In this document: positions 17,188-27,326 of the stretch, in pieces
Layout of the letters: every line of letters starts with the position of its first letter
Numbering within the stretch: position 1 is the first letter of the stretch
DNA from: Minisyncoccota bacterium
GTDB taxonomy: Bacteria > Patescibacteriota > Minisyncoccia > Phycocordibacterales > UBA9973
Direction of reading: 5' to 3'
NCBI GenBank assembly: GCA_041664745.1
Contig: JBAYKD010000001.1
Coordinates: 27,097 to 91,096 of the forward strand
Length of the DNA stretch: 64,000 nucleotides
Program-made: the position numbers and the translations under genes
Notes under the pieces: model-generated
Database searches by the model: none
What the model saw: the letters and a program-made list of their open reading frames with translations, nothing else
Told to the model about the DNA's origin: nothing

Positions 17188-17691
17188 TTATATTGATTTT
17201 ACTTTCAACTTCGTTTCTTTATTCTTATCTATTTTTGGTAATTTAATAATTAAGAGTCCATGCTTCTCAATAGCTTCAGCTTCTTCTGGATTAACTTCTT
17301 CAGGTAATGCGATAGTTCTTGAAAATGTCCCCCAGAAAAGTTCTTGAACAAAATAATTTTCTCTACTGATTGATTGATTCTCCTCTCTTTTACCTTGAAT
17401 AGTTATAGAATCTCTCGTTATATTTATGGTTAAATTGTCTGGATGTACTCCTGCTATCATAGCTTGAACGATGATTTCACTATTTGTCTGGTATAAGTCT
17501 ATGGTAAGCTCTGCTTCTTGATCTTCATCCCACTTAGAATCTTTCTCTTTATTTACTAATTTTTCTGAGTCTCTGATATTTAGATTTATTTTTTTAATAG
17601 AATTAGAAGAGGATCCAGCTTGTTCTTCTTCCTCCTGATCTTCTAAACGAATACTTCCTGTAAGGCGCTCTAAAAATGATCTTTTTTTCAT
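17188..17691 (-). CDS. small heat-shock protein (Hsp20/alpha-crystallin family)
   Basis: 167 aa. Alpha-crystallin domain LTIDLYQT..IVQAMIAGV...ITIQGKRE...F.RTIALPEEV...GLLIIKLPK. Confidence 0.88.
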   Translation of the reverse strand: MKKRSFLERLTGSIRLEDQEEEEQAGSSSNSIKKINLNIRDSEKLVNKEKDSKWDEDQEAELTIDLYQTNSEIIVQAMIAGVHPDNLTINITRDSITIQGKREENQSISRENYFVQELFWGTFSRTIALPEEVNPEEAEAIEKHGLLIIKLPKIDKNKETKLKVKSI

Positions 17692-17700
17692 GATATATAT

Positions 17701-18411
17701 TTATGAGATAGCTTGAACTATCGTCATACGTTTTAATTTCTCAAATATAAGAATGTTAATAATTGCGACGACCCATAAGAATCCAAAAACAGAAAGAAAA
17801 TTTCCTCCATTTCCTTTCATTATAAAAAAATTGAAAACACTGTGTAATATTATAGCACAGATTATTCCTATTAATAAGTAAAATACTCTATACTGTTTTA
17901 AATAAAACGATAACCCCAAGGCAATTCCTAGCATTGAGCTTGCGATAGCATGTAAGAGGGTAGATCCAAGGAATCGCAAGTTACCAGTTAACATCCCCAC
18001 GATAGTATTGCTAGCGCTCATTGGTTTTATAAGATAAAGAACATTTTCAAATGCTGCAAAACCAAGTGCTGTAGCAATGAAGTACATTGGATAGTCTATA
18101 GGTCTTCGTATTATATTATTACCGAAAATCATAAGTGAGACTCCAACTAATTTGAGTATTTCTTCTATTCCAGCCCAAACTATTATTTGCATGGTATTAT
18201 CTTTAACAAAATTCATTGAAAATTTCTCCATCCACATAGCTACGAGGACAAGGATTGCTCCTAATATAAAAGCTACTATGACAAGAATTATTGGTTCAGG
18301 ATCGTCTCTGTCTTCTTGATACATCCAAAACCACAACCATAATAAAGCAGGTACTACTCCTACTAATATTGCATATGGTATTGTACTTGTATTACTTAAT
18401 AATGTGTCCAT
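17701..18411 (-). CDS. PrsW-family intramembrane metalloprotease
   Basis: 236 aa, polytopic. Motifs EEILK, FAAFEN, LHAIAS, HSVFNF. Confidence 0.8.
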   Translation of the reverse strand: MDTLLSNTSTIPYAILVGVVPALLWLWFWMYQEDRDDPEPIILVIVAFILGAILVLVAMWMEKFSMNFVKDNTMQIIVWAGIEEILKLVGVSLMIFGNNIIRRPIDYPMYFIATALGFAAFENVLYLIKPMSASNTIVGMLTGNLRFLGSTLLHAIASSMLGIALGLSFYLKQYRVFYLLIGIICAIILHSVFNFFIMKGNGGNFLSVFGFLWVVAIINILIFEKLKRMTIVQAIS

Positions 18412-18423
18412 ATTATTTATTAA

Positions 18424-20580
18424 TTATTCTGGCCATTTCTCCACCATTAATAATTTTTTATTCTCTATTGGTAGTATACTCCATATTTCTTCTGTTACGA
18501 AAGGCATGAAAGGGTGGAGAACTTTTAGTGACTTTTCTAGTATTTCAATCAGAAGAGTTTGTCTTGATATTTTTGATTTTTCGTCCCCACCTGAGATTAT
18601 TGGTTTACTTTCTTCTATTATTATACTTGCGAATGTATCCCAGATGTAATGATAAATTTTCTCAGAAGCCATATAGAATCGGAAATTTTCCATGTCTAGT
18701 GTAATATCTTTTATTATAATATTAAATTCATCTATTATTTTTTTATCAGATTCATTTAATTCAGATTTTTTAAAATTGTCATTTGGAACACTAGACATAA
18801 CAAATCTTGTAATATTCCAAAGTTTGTTTGCAAAATTCTTATATCCTTTTATTCTATCGCGAGAAAGAGCCAAGTCCATACCAGGAGTATTTCCAACAAC
18901 GAGAGCTATACGTAAAGCATCAGAACCAAAAGTATCTATAAGGTCTATAGGATTTACTACATTACCTTTAGATTTACTCATTTTTTCTCCTTTTTCATCA
19001 TTTACTAATCCATGCAGATATACATTATGAAATGCAACTTCATCTCGAAGATATAAAGCAAATATAACCATTCTAGGAATCCATTTAAATATTAAATCAC
19101 GTCCAGTTTCCATAACATTTGTAGGATGATATATATCTAAATCTTTTGTGTCTGGGTATCCAAGTGACAGGAGCGTCCATTGGCCTGAAGAGAACCATGT
19201 ATCAAAAGTATCAGTATCTTTATGTAATTCTCCACCACATTCACATTTAACAAGCTCATCTTTTAAATCCGAATATCCTTTTTTACAAATGTTACAGATT
19301 TTTGCAGGAATAGGTATGCCCCAAACAATTTGGCGAGAAATATTCCAGTCAATAGTATTAGTCATCCAATAACGGAAAATTTTTTCATAATTTTCAGGGT
19401 AGAATTTTATCTTGCCACTATCTACTGCATCAAGAGCTCTGTCCGCAAGTGGTCGCATTTTTACGAACCATTGATCTTTAATTTGAGGTTCAATAATTGT
19501 ATTACATTTAAAACATGTTTTTACGCTATGCTTATAGGCTTCATCTATTTTTACTAAAAGACCTTTTTCTTTCAATTTCTCTATAATCATAGGTCGTGCT
19601 TTAGATATGTGTATACCAACAAAATCTCCAGCTATTGGGAGGAGCTTGCCTTTCCAGTCTATGATTTGTTCTTTATCTAAGTTGTGTCTTTCAGCTATTT
19701 CAAAGTCTACTTGAGAGTGCCAAGGAGTGATAGTCATAATTCCTGTACCAAACTCCATGTCTACACTGTCATCTTTTATAACTGTTGTTGTGATAGGTCC
19801 ATTTATCCATTCAAGTTCAATTTTCTGTCCATGTTTGTATTCTTTATATCTTTCATCTTTTGTGTTCATTACGACATACTTATCTCCAAATTTAGTTTCT
19901 GGACGAGAAGTACTGATCACGAACGGTCCGTATTGAAGGTAATAGTAAGGCTCTGTTCTTTCTTCAAATTCAGTTTCAACTTCTGAAAGGGAAGTTTGAT
20001 GTTTAGCACACCAGTTTACAATTCGGTCGCCACGATAAACTAAACCATCTTTAAACATTTTATCAAAAGTTTGCTGGACAGTTTTTACAATTTCTGGATC
20101 AAGAGTAAATTTTTCACGAGACCAATCACAAGATGCTCCAAGTCTACGAACATCATTTTCCATGAATTCTTTATTGGCTATAGTGAAGTCATAAATTTCT
20201 TTATATAAATCCTCTGGCTTCATGTCAAACCTTGAGCGTCCTTCTTTTTCTAATTTTCGCTCGTAAACTATTTGGGTTTCAAATCCAGCGTGATCTGCTC
20301 CAGGTACCCAGAGAGTACGATCACCCTTCATGCGATGGTATCGAGTCATGATATCTTCAAGTGTTACGAAAAGAGCGTGCCCAGCATGAAGTCGGCCATT
20401 AGCGTTTGGAGGGGGCATGACAATAGTGAAAGGCTTTGCTTTTTCATCTGTGACACCTTTTTCAATACAAACATCAGGATTAAAGAATCCACTTTCTTCC
20501 CATATTTTATATATACGATCTTCCGTTTCTTTTGGGTTGTATGGTTTTAATAGCTTTGGGTCTATATTGGGCTCATTCAT
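18424..20580 (-). CDS. valS: valyl-tRNA synthetase (compact form)
   Basis: 718 aa. PPPNANGRLHAGHAL, GTGIMTITPWHSQVDF, KMSKSKGN. Confidence 0.92.
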   Translation of the reverse strand: MNEPNIDPKLLKPYNPKETEDRIYKIWEESGFFNPDVCIEKGVTDEKAKPFTIVMPPPNANGRLHAGHALFVTLEDIMTRYHRMKGDRTLWVPGADHAGFETQIVYERKLEKEGRSRFDMKPEDLYKEIYDFTIANKEFMENDVRRLGASCDWSREKFTLDPEIVKTVQQTFDKMFKDGLVYRGDRIVNWCAKHQTSLSEVETEFEERTEPYYYLQYGPFVISTSRPETKFGDKYVVMNTKDERYKEYKHGQKIELEWINGPITTTVIKDDSVDMEFGTGIMTITPWHSQVDFEIAERHNLDKEQIIDWKGKLLPIAGDFVGIHISKARPMIIEKLKEKGLLVKIDEAYKHSVKTCFKCNTIIEPQIKDQWFVKMRPLADRALDAVDSGKIKFYPENYEKIFRYWMTNTIDWNISRQIVWGIPIPAKICNICKKGYSDLKDELVKCECGGELHKDTDTFDTWFSSGQWTLLSLGYPDTKDLDIYHPTNVMETGRDLIFKWIPRMVIFALYLRDEVAFHNVYLHGLVNDEKGEKMSKSKGNVVNPIDLIDTFGSDALRIALVVGNTPGMDLALSRDRIKGYKNFANKLWNITRFVMSSVPNDNFKKSELNESDKKIIDEFNIIIKDITLDMENFRFYMASEKIYHYIWDTFASIIIEESKPIISGGDEKSKISRQTLLIEILEKSLKVLHPFMPFVTEEIWSILPIENKKLLMVEKWPE

Positions 20581-20586
20581 ATATAG

Positions 20587-20595
20587 AATATAACA
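20587..20595 (-). promoter_or_regulatory. extended -10 box TGtTATATT, 6 nt before the valS ATG
   Basis: Read on the minus strand. Confidence 0.5.
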
Positions 20596-20602
20596 TATTT
20601 TA

Positions 20603-21706
20603 CTACAAAGATAAATTTCCTTGAGCTTTTAGAGATTTTAAATTTTTTACAAACTTTTTGTTTCTGCTTCCGTAGTATCCCACGATTCCTATCATTAGGG
20701 CATTGTCACCCGTAAGACTTTTGATAGGAAAGTGGGTTTTAATATTAAGGAAGTCGGACTTCCTTAGTTTTTTAATTTCATTTTTCATTACTTCTTGCAG
20801 ATAAGTATTTGCTGATACTCCACCTCCTACTATTAGAGTTTTGATTTTGTATTGTTTAATAGCCTTGATTGTTTTATAGACCAAAGTCTCAACAACTGCA
20901 TCCTCGAACTCTTTAGCAATTTTTTGTTTAATGTTTATGTCTTCCAATATATTTGGATTTTTTTCTTTCAAATCACGTATAAGGTAAAGTACTGCAGTTT
21001 TCAATCCAGAAAATGAAAAGTCATAATCTTTAGAATGAATCATAGGGCGGGGGAGAATAATAGCTGGTATTTCGCTCGAAATGTTTGAACGCTCGATGTC
21101 TGCCATCTTTGAAATTTCTGGTCCTCCAGGATAAGGAAGCCCAAGCATACGAGCCACCTTGTCGAAAGCTTCTCCGGCTGCATCATCGCGAGTCTGACCA
21201 ATCTTTTTATATTTGTGCCAATCTTTTACAAGTATAAGTTCTGTGTGCCCACCGGAAACTAATAGTGAGAGCATTGGAAATATTTTTCTATTAGAATTAA
21301 TTGTGAAGGTTTTTCCTTTTTTAGGGAATATAGAGAAAATGTGCCCCTCCATATGGTTCACTTTTATTACTGGAATTTTGTATTTTAGTGATAGTTCTTT
21401 TGCAAAGACGATTCCTGTCCAAAGTGCTGGCTCGAGTCCTGGTCCGTATGTTACGGTGATAACGTCAATTTTTTCCATTTTCATTTTAGCCTGCTTAAGC
21501 GTCTCTTCCAGAACTATTGGTAAATTTTTCTGGTGCTCTCTTTTTGCCATCATAGGGAAAACTCCTCCAAATTCGGCATGGATTTTGATTTGTGAATTAG
21601 TATTGTTGCCTAGAATCTTAAAAGTATCATTTTTACCAGATTTTTTGACTTCCAATATGCTTATTCCTGTATCATCGCATGATGTTTCTATGGCTAAAAC
21701 TTTCAT
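20603..21706 (-). CDS. tsaD: tRNA N6-adenosine threonylcarbamoyltransferase (TsaD/Kae1)
   Basis: 367 aa. LAIETSCDDTG, HMEGH, SGGHTEL, GGVSAN. Confidence 0.93.
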   Translation of the reverse strand: MKVLAIETSCDDTGISILEVKKSGKNDTFKILGNNTNSQIKIHAEFGGVFPMMAKREHQKNLPIVLEETLKQAKMKMEKIDVITVTYGPGLEPALWTGIVFAKELSLKYKIPVIKVNHMEGHIFSIFPKKGKTFTINSNRKIFPMLSLLVSGGHTELILVKDWHKYKKIGQTRDDAAGEAFDKVARMLGLPYPGGPEISKMADIERSNISSEIPAIILPRPMIHSKDYDFSFSGLKTAVLYLIRDLKEKNPNILEDINIKQKIAKEFEDAVVETLVYKTIKAIKQYKIKTLIVGGGVSANTYLQEVMKNEIKKLRKSDFLNIKTHFPIKSLTGDNALMIGIVGYYGSRNKKFVKNLKSLKAQGNLSL

Positions 21707-21712
21707 CTTAGC

Positions 21713-21721
21713 ACTATATCA
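21713..21721 (-). promoter_or_regulatory. extended -10 box TGaTATAGT, 6 nt before the tsaD ATG
   Basis: Read on the minus strand. Confidence 0.55.
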
Positions 21722-21748
21722 TAAGGGTTTTTATTTGACTATCATTTA

Positions 21749-21757
21749 TGTTAGAAT
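21749..21757 (+). promoter_or_regulatory. extended -10 box TGtTAGAAT, 6 nt before the ATG at 21764 (head of the cmk-murE-murD... operon)
   Basis: Sequence motif. Confidence 0.55.
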
Positions 21758-21763
21758 GAAAGT

Positions 21764-22342
21764 ATGAACAAAAAGCATATTATTACGATTGCAGGTAAGC
21801 TTGGAAGTGGTAAATCTTCAACTGCTAAAATGGTTGCAGAAATTCTTGGGTATAAACATTATTCTACTGGTGATTTTTTTAGATCTATTGCAGACGAAAG
21901 AGGAATTTCTACTGTCGAATTAAATAAAGCTGCAGAAACAGATCTATCTATAGATAAAGAAGTAGACGATAGAAATATAGAAATAGGAAAGATGGAGAAT
22001 GTAGTGTTAGATTCACGTTTAGGTTTTCATTTTATCCCGGAATCTTTTAAAGTTTTTCTTGAGCTTAATCCAATAATCGCATCTCAAAGAATTTTGAATG
22101 ATAAAAAAAATAATTTAAATAGACATAATGAAACTAGCAGCGCTTTTGACACAGCTGAAAATATTTTAAATTCTATATCGGAAAGAATGCTATTAGAAAA
22201 AAATAGATATAAAGAATTGTATGGAATAAATGATAATACTTCTCATGATAATTTTGACTTAGTTATAGACACAGAAAAAATACCACTTGAAGATGTTTCT
22301 AAAAAAATTATAGAAGAATATAATAATTGGTTAAACAAATAA
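21764..22342 (+). CDS. cmk: cytidylate kinase-like P-loop kinase
   Basis: 192 aa. IITIAGKLGSGKSSTAKMVAEILGYKHYSTGDFFR. Confidence 0.8.
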   Translation: MNKKHIITIAGKLGSGKSSTAKMVAEILGYKHYSTGDFFRSIADERGISTVELNKAAETDLSIDKEVDDRNIEIGKMENVVLDSRLGFHFIPESFKVFLELNPIIASQRILNDKKNNLNRHNETSSAFDTAENILNSISERMLLEKNRYKELYGINDNTSHDNFDLVIDTEKIPLEDVSKKIIEEYNNWLNK

Positions 22343-22345
22343 TAT

Positions 22346-23743
22346 ATGAAAATATTAAGTGAATTATTAGAAGATGTAAAAATACTAGAGAGCCATGGAA
22401 ATCTCGAAGCTCTAGTTTCTTCGCCTTCACTTAATTCAAAAAATATTGAGCCGCATTCAGTTTTTGTAGCGCTTGCTGGGAATGTACTAGATGGGCACTC
22501 TTTTATAAATGAAGTTATAGAGAAAGGAGCAACAGCGATAGTTCACGAGAAAGATATAGAAGAATTTAAATCTGGTGTCACGTACATTAAAGTCGCAGAT
22601 ACTCACAGTGCTATAGGGATAATCACAAGTAATTTCTATGATAATCCATCTCGTAAATTGAAATTAATAGGAGTGACAGGAACTGCTGGTAAAACTACAA
22701 CTGCAACTTTACTGCACCAGCTTTTTAGAGATTTAGGTTATAAGGCTGGAATGATAGGTACTGTTGTAAATAAAATAAATGACACAGAAGAAGAAGCTCA
22801 TCGTACAACACCAGATGCTGTTACTTTAAACGAATTGCTTGCCAGAATGGTAGATGATGGTTGTATGTATTGCTTTATGGAAGTATCTTCTCACTCTGTT
22901 AGTGAAAAACGTATCTCGGGAATCTCTTTTTGGGGAGGAATATTTACTAATCTTACTCTTGATCATCTCGACTATCATAAAACAATGGATAATTATTGTG
23001 ATGCAAAGAAGGGCTTCTTTGATATTCTGCCAGCTACAGGTTTTGCTATCGCAAATATCGACGATGAAAGAGGCGAGTATATACTAAGTACTACAAAAGC
23101 TCATAAGTATACTTTGAGTTTAAAGAAAGAAGCAGATTTTAATGAGAGATTTGAATCAAAATTGATAGGAGAATTTAATGCTTATAACTTACTTGGTATT
23201 TATGCTGCTGCAGTTCTTCTTGGTGAAAGTAAAGAATATGTAAAAGAAAAAATAAAAAATCTTGAAGCGGTTCCAGGAAGATTTCAGTATTATAAATCAG
23301 AAAATGGAGTTACAGGTATTGTAGATTATGCACATAAACCAGATGCACTTTTAAATGTTTTAAAAACTGCAAATAATATGAAGGGTAAAGGTAAGCTTAT
23401 CGCTGCAGTAGGTTGTGGTGGAGATAGAGACAGAAGCAAGCGTCCTATAATGGCCAAGCTCGGTTATGATATGAGCGATATTCTTATACTTACGTCGGAT
23501 AATCCTCGTACTGAGAAACCCGAAGATATATTAGAGGAAATGAGTAAGGGTATAGAAGGGTTATCAGAAGATAAAGTTTATATTATAGAAGATAGACATG
23601 AAGCTATAAAGAAGGCTTGCTTCCTTGCTATGCCTGGTGACTTCATACTTATCGCTGGTAAAGGTCACGAAACTTATCAAGAAGTGAATGGAGTCACGAC
23701 TCACTTTGACGATATGGAGGAGCTAAAAAATAATCTTAAATAA
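22346..23743 (+). CDS. murE: UDP-N-acetylmuramoyl-L-alanyl-D-glutamate--2,6-diaminopimelate (or L-Lys) ligase
   Basis: 465 aa. GVTGTAGKTTT, DYAHKPDAL, SDNPRTE. Confidence 0.92.
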   Translation: MKILSELLEDVKILESHGNLEALVSSPSLNSKNIEPHSVFVALAGNVLDGHSFINEVIEKGATAIVHEKDIEEFKSGVTYIKVADTHSAIGIITSNFYDNPSRKLKLIGVTGTAGKTTTATLLHQLFRDLGYKAGMIGTVVNKINDTEEEAHRTTPDAVTLNELLARMVDDGCMYCFMEVSSHSVSEKRISGISFWGGIFTNLTLDHLDYHKTMDNYCDAKKGFFDILPATGFAIANIDDERGEYILSTTKAHKYTLSLKKEADFNERFESKLIGEFNAYNLLGIYAAAVLLGESKEYVKEKIKNLEAVPGRFQYYKSENGVTGIVDYAHKPDALLNVLKTANNMKGKGKLIAAVGCGGDRDRSKRPIMAKLGYDMSDILILTSDNPRTEKPEDILEEMSKGIEGLSEDKVYIIEDRHEAIKKACFLAMPGDFILIAGKGHETYQEVNGVTTHFDDMEELKNNLK

Positions 23744-25080
23744 TGCAAAATTATAAAAAACAATTTAAAGGGAAGAAGATTACAGTCATGGGACTGGGTC
23801 TTTTGGGGAGGGGGATTGGATATACAAAATTTTTGGCTGAATGTGGGGCGGATTTGATAGTCACGGATTTGAAGACGAAGAAACAGCTCGCGACGTCGCT
23901 TAAGGCACTTGAGAAATTTCCCAATATTAAATTTGTATTAGGTGAACATCGATTAGAAGATTTCAAGGATAGAGATATGATAATAAAGGCTGCAGGAGTA
24001 CCTTTTGATTCTATTTATATAAAAGAAGCTCAAAAAAATAATATTCCGGTTGAGATGGATGTATCGCTTTTTGCTAAGTGTGTGCCTGAAGTAATGATTA
24101 TAGGAGTGACTGGCACAAGAGGGAAATCTATGACTACGACTCTTATATATGAAATCCTTAAAGCAAATGAAAAGTTTTTGAAAAAGAATATATATATTGG
24201 GGGAAATCTTCGCGGAATTGCTACTTTGCCGTTACTTAAAAAAGTAAAAGATGGAGATATACTAGTTTGTGAACTTGATTCTTGGCAACTTCAAGGATTC
24301 GGCGAAGCAAAACTTTCTCCTTCTATTTCTGTCTTCACAACTTTCATGCCTGACCATATGAATTATTATAAAAATGATATGGATAAGTATTTTGGAGATA
24401 AATCAAATATTTTTAAATATCAAAAGAAAGATGATACATTAATAATCTTGTCAGATATGAAGAAATGGATAAAGAAAGAAGATGTAAAAGGCAAGTTAAT
24501 TGTTACTGATAAAAAAGAAGTTGATGTTTGGAAGTTTAATGTGAAAGGGGATCACCATAGAAACAACTTATCCTGTGCAGTAAAAGTTGCAGAAGTATTA
24601 GGAATTCCAGAAGCTAAAATTAAAAAAGTTGTTGCTAATTTTAAAGGATTAGAGGGACGCTTAGAATTTTTGAAGAGTTATAGGGGTATAAAAATCTATA
24701 ATGACAATAATGCTACGACTCCAGAAGCTACAATCGCTGGTATCGAAGCGCTAAAGACTAATAAGAAAAACATTGTGCTTATTTGCGGTGGAGCTGATAA
24801 GGGTCTCAACTTAGAAAATTTTGTAAAAACTGTAAATACTAACTGTAAGAGTGCAGTGATGATTCCGGGAACGGGAACAGAAAGACTAATTAAGAATTAT
24901 GAAATTAAAATTAAGAATGAAGTTGGAAGAGATTTGAAAGGCATAGTAAAGAGTGCTTTGTCTCAGGCGAAGAAGGGAGATGTAATTCTTTTCTCCCCGG
25001 CATTTGCTTCGTTTGGAATGTTTAATAATGAATATGAACGAAATGATTTATTTATGAAGATAATTAAGAAGTTAAAATAA
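23743..25080 (+). CDS. murD: UDP-N-acetylmuramoylalanine--D-glutamate ligase
   Basis: 445 aa. N-terminal Rossmann KKITVMGLGLLGRG, GVTGTRGKS, NDNNATTPEAT. Confidence 0.92.
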   Translation: MQNYKKQFKGKKITVMGLGLLGRGIGYTKFLAECGADLIVTDLKTKKQLATSLKALEKFPNIKFVLGEHRLEDFKDRDMIIKAAGVPFDSIYIKEAQKNNIPVEMDVSLFAKCVPEVMIIGVTGTRGKSMTTTLIYEILKANEKFLKKNIYIGGNLRGIATLPLLKKVKDGDILVCELDSWQLQGFGEAKLSPSISVFTTFMPDHMNYYKNDMDKYFGDKSNIFKYQKKDDTLIILSDMKKWIKKEDVKGKLIVTDKKEVDVWKFNVKGDHHRNNLSCAVKVAEVLGIPEAKIKKVVANFKGLEGRLEFLKSYRGIKIYNDNNATTPEATIAGIEALKTNKKNIVLICGGADKGLNLENFVKTVNTNCKSAVMIPGTGTERLIKNYEIKIKNEVGRDLKGIVKSALSQAKKGDVILFSPAFASFGMFNNEYERNDLFMKIIKKLK

Positions 25081-25083
25081 TTT

Positions 25084-25593
25084 ATGTATAAAAAAGTAAT
25101 TATCATCGGTGGAGGAGGATCAGGCAAATCATCTTTAGCAGATAGGATGGGGAAGTATACTGGTTACCCTGTGTACCATTTAGATAATTTACTTTTGGAT
25201 TCAAATTGGCAACAAAAGCCTAAAAATCAATGGGAAGAAATTAGCCAGGTATTTTTAACGAAAGATGCTGGAATTGTGGATGGAAATTATTCAAGCTCTA
25301 TACCAAACAGAGTAAAATGGGCCGATGTAATTATTTATATTGATATACCGACCCACGTTCAGCTTTGGCGTATTACACGTAGATATATAAGGAATAAACT
25401 TGGACTAGACAAAAGATGTGGTTTTCCAGATGGTTCAAAGGAAAAAATTGGCATGAAATTTATTCTATGGACATATCACTGGAATTCTAACCATAGAGAA
25501 AAACTACTCTCAATGTTAGACTTAGAAAAAGATAAAAAAGTTTTAATTATAAAAGAAGCAAGGAGTTTAGACATTAAAAGTTTATTTGAATAA
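25084..25593 (+). CDS. P-loop NTPase, adenylate-kinase-like (FlaR / topology-modulation type)
   Basis: 169 aa. IIIGGGGSGKSSLADRMG..PVYHLDNLLL..NW. Confidence 0.75.
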   Translation: MYKKVIIIGGGGSGKSSLADRMGKYTGYPVYHLDNLLLDSNWQQKPKNQWEEISQVFLTKDAGIVDGNYSSSIPNRVKWADVIIYIDIPTHVQLWRITRRYIRNKLGLDKRCGFPDGSKEKIGMKFILWTYHWNSNHREKLLSMLDLEKDKKVLIIKEARSLDIKSLFE

Positions 25594-25597
25594 AATT

Positions 25598-25801
25598 ATG
25601 AAAAAAGAAATTGAAAAAAAATATACAAAAAAGCAAACTATTAAAATATTGGAAAGATTAGTAAGGTCTCTAAATAATGGAAAACCTTTTAAAATGCAAA
25701 TAAAAGGTAAGAAAGTTTATCTTCCTAAGGAATCTGAAATTGAAATAGAATATGAAAAGGAGAAAAATGAAGAAAAAATAGAAATAGAAATTAAGTGGTA
25801 A
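25598..25801 (+). CDS. small acidic protein, amphi-Trp-domain-like
   Basis: 67 aa ending ..EIEIEYEKEKNEEKIEIEIKW. The ATG at 25598 is preferred over the TTG at 25586. Confidence 0.55.
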   Translation: MKKEIEKKYTKKQTIKILERLVRSLNNGKPFKMQIKGKKVYLPKESEIEIEYEKEKNEEKIEIEIKW

Positions 25802-25810
25802 AATAAATAT

Positions 25811-26443
25811 ATGAAATACAATAAAAATTTAAAAGATACATACAATAGAATCGCCGAAGATTGGCATAAAGATCATCAATCAGATGATTGGTGGTATGAA
25901 GGTACTGATAAATTTATTTCTTATTTTAAAAAAGGAGATAGTATTTTAGATGTAGGATGTGGGTGTGGTACAAAAAGTAAATATCTTATTGATAAAGGAT
26001 TAAATGTGACAGGTATAGATTTTTCAGAAAATTTTATAAATATAGCCAAAAAAGAAGTAATTGGTGGAGAATTTTTAGTTATGGATATAAATGACACAAA
26101 TAAATTGGAGAAAACTTTTGATGGAATATTTATACAGGCTGTATTATTACATATTCCTAAGAATGAAGTTGAGAGTCTTTTAAAAGAAATTATAAAAAAA
26201 TTGAAAGTCGGTGGTTATTTATATGTTGCTGTTAAAGAAAAAAAAGAAGGGGGAGTAGATGAAGAAATTAAAAAAGAAAATGATTATGGCTATGAATATG
26301 AAAGATTTTTTAGTTATTTTACTTTAGATGAAATTAAAAATTATTTTAAAAACATAGGGTTAAAAGTAATTTTTGAGAATGAAGCACCACCAAGTAGGGC
26401 CACAAGAAAAACTAATTGGATACAAGTAATTGGTAAAAAATAA
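25811..26443 (+). CDS. class I SAM-dependent methyltransferase
   Basis: 210 aa. Motif I ILDVGCGCGTKS; later GGYLYVAV. Confidence 0.85.
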   Translation: MKYNKNLKDTYNRIAEDWHKDHQSDDWWYEGTDKFISYFKKGDSILDVGCGCGTKSKYLIDKGLNVTGIDFSENFINIAKKEVIGGEFLVMDINDTNKLEKTFDGIFIQAVLLHIPKNEVESLLKEIIKKLKVGGYLYVAVKEKKEGGVDEEIKKENDYGYEYERFFSYFTLDEIKNYFKNIGLKVIFENEAPPSRATRKTNWIQVIGKK

Positions 26444-26447
26444 ATAT

Positions 26448-27074
26448 ATGAAATTAATATTATCATCAGATGGTAGTTTTCTACTGAAATATGGTTATGA
26501 GCAAACTGGTATATCTAAAGATCAGATGAGGATTGGATATATTACAACTGCATCAAAAAAAGCTCGAAATAAAGATTTTATGGAAAATTTTAAAATCTCA
26601 ATAGAGAAAGAAAAATATAATTTTGAAGAAATAGATATTGAAGGTAAAACAGAAATAGAATTAAGAGAATTTTTTAAAGATAAAAATGTAATACACATAG
26701 AAGGAGGAAATACTTTTTATTTATTAAAAATAATAAGAGAAACAGGTTTTGCTGTAATTTTAAAAGATTTAATTAATGAAGGGAAAGTTTATATAGGAAC
26801 TAGTGCTGGTTCATATATTACTTGTCCTAATATAGAAGTATCAGATTGGGATAAAACAGGAAGAGATAGGTTTGGTATAACAGATTTTACTGCTTTAGCT
26901 TTGGTGCCTTTTGTTTTAAAAGTTCATTATAAAGATGAACAAGAGATAGAGACCAGAGAAAATAGTAAGTTATTAAAATATCCAATTAGAATATTACGGG
27001 ATGGACAAGGTATAATCGTGGAAGATGGTAAATATACATTTATGGGTGATGGAGAAGAAGTAATATTAAATTAA
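26448..27074 (+). CDS. peptidase E-like (S51 family / class I glutamine amidotransferase-like)
   Basis: GGNTFYLL and GTSAGS motifs. The ATG at 26448 is preferred over the overlapping track start at 26430. Confidence 0.8.
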   Translation: MKLILSSDGSFLLKYGYEQTGISKDQMRIGYITTASKKARNKDFMENFKISIEKEKYNFEEIDIEGKTEIELREFFKDKNVIHIEGGNTFYLLKIIRETGFAVILKDLINEGKVYIGTSAGSYITCPNIEVSDWDKTGRDRFGITDFTALALVPFVLKVHYKDEQEIETRENSKLLKYPIRILRDGQGIIVEDGKYTFMGDGEEVILN

Positions 27075-27086
27075 TAAAATAATTTT

Positions 27087-27326
27087 ATGAAAAAATTAGA
27101 AATCGGGGCAATATATAAGCATTACAAGGGGACCAAAGCGAAAGTTATTGGGGAGTGCTTTCACAGTGAGACACAAGAACCGATGGTTATTTATATACAT
27201 TTAGAAGATGGAGTCTCTTGGGCTCGTCCAAAAGAGATGTTTTTAGAGAATGTTATAATAGACGGTAAGGAAGTAGAAAGATTTGAAAAAGTTGAACAAG
27301 AAATATTAATTAAACCAAGTAAATAA
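27087..27326 (+). CDS. DUF1653 family protein
   Basis: 79 aa. YKHYKGTKAKVIGECFHSETQEPMVIY...WARPKEMF matches the family pattern from memory. Confidence 0.8.
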   Translation: MKKLEIGAIYKHYKGTKAKVIGECFHSETQEPMVIYIHLEDGVSWARPKEMFLENVIIDGKEVERFEKVEQEILIKPSK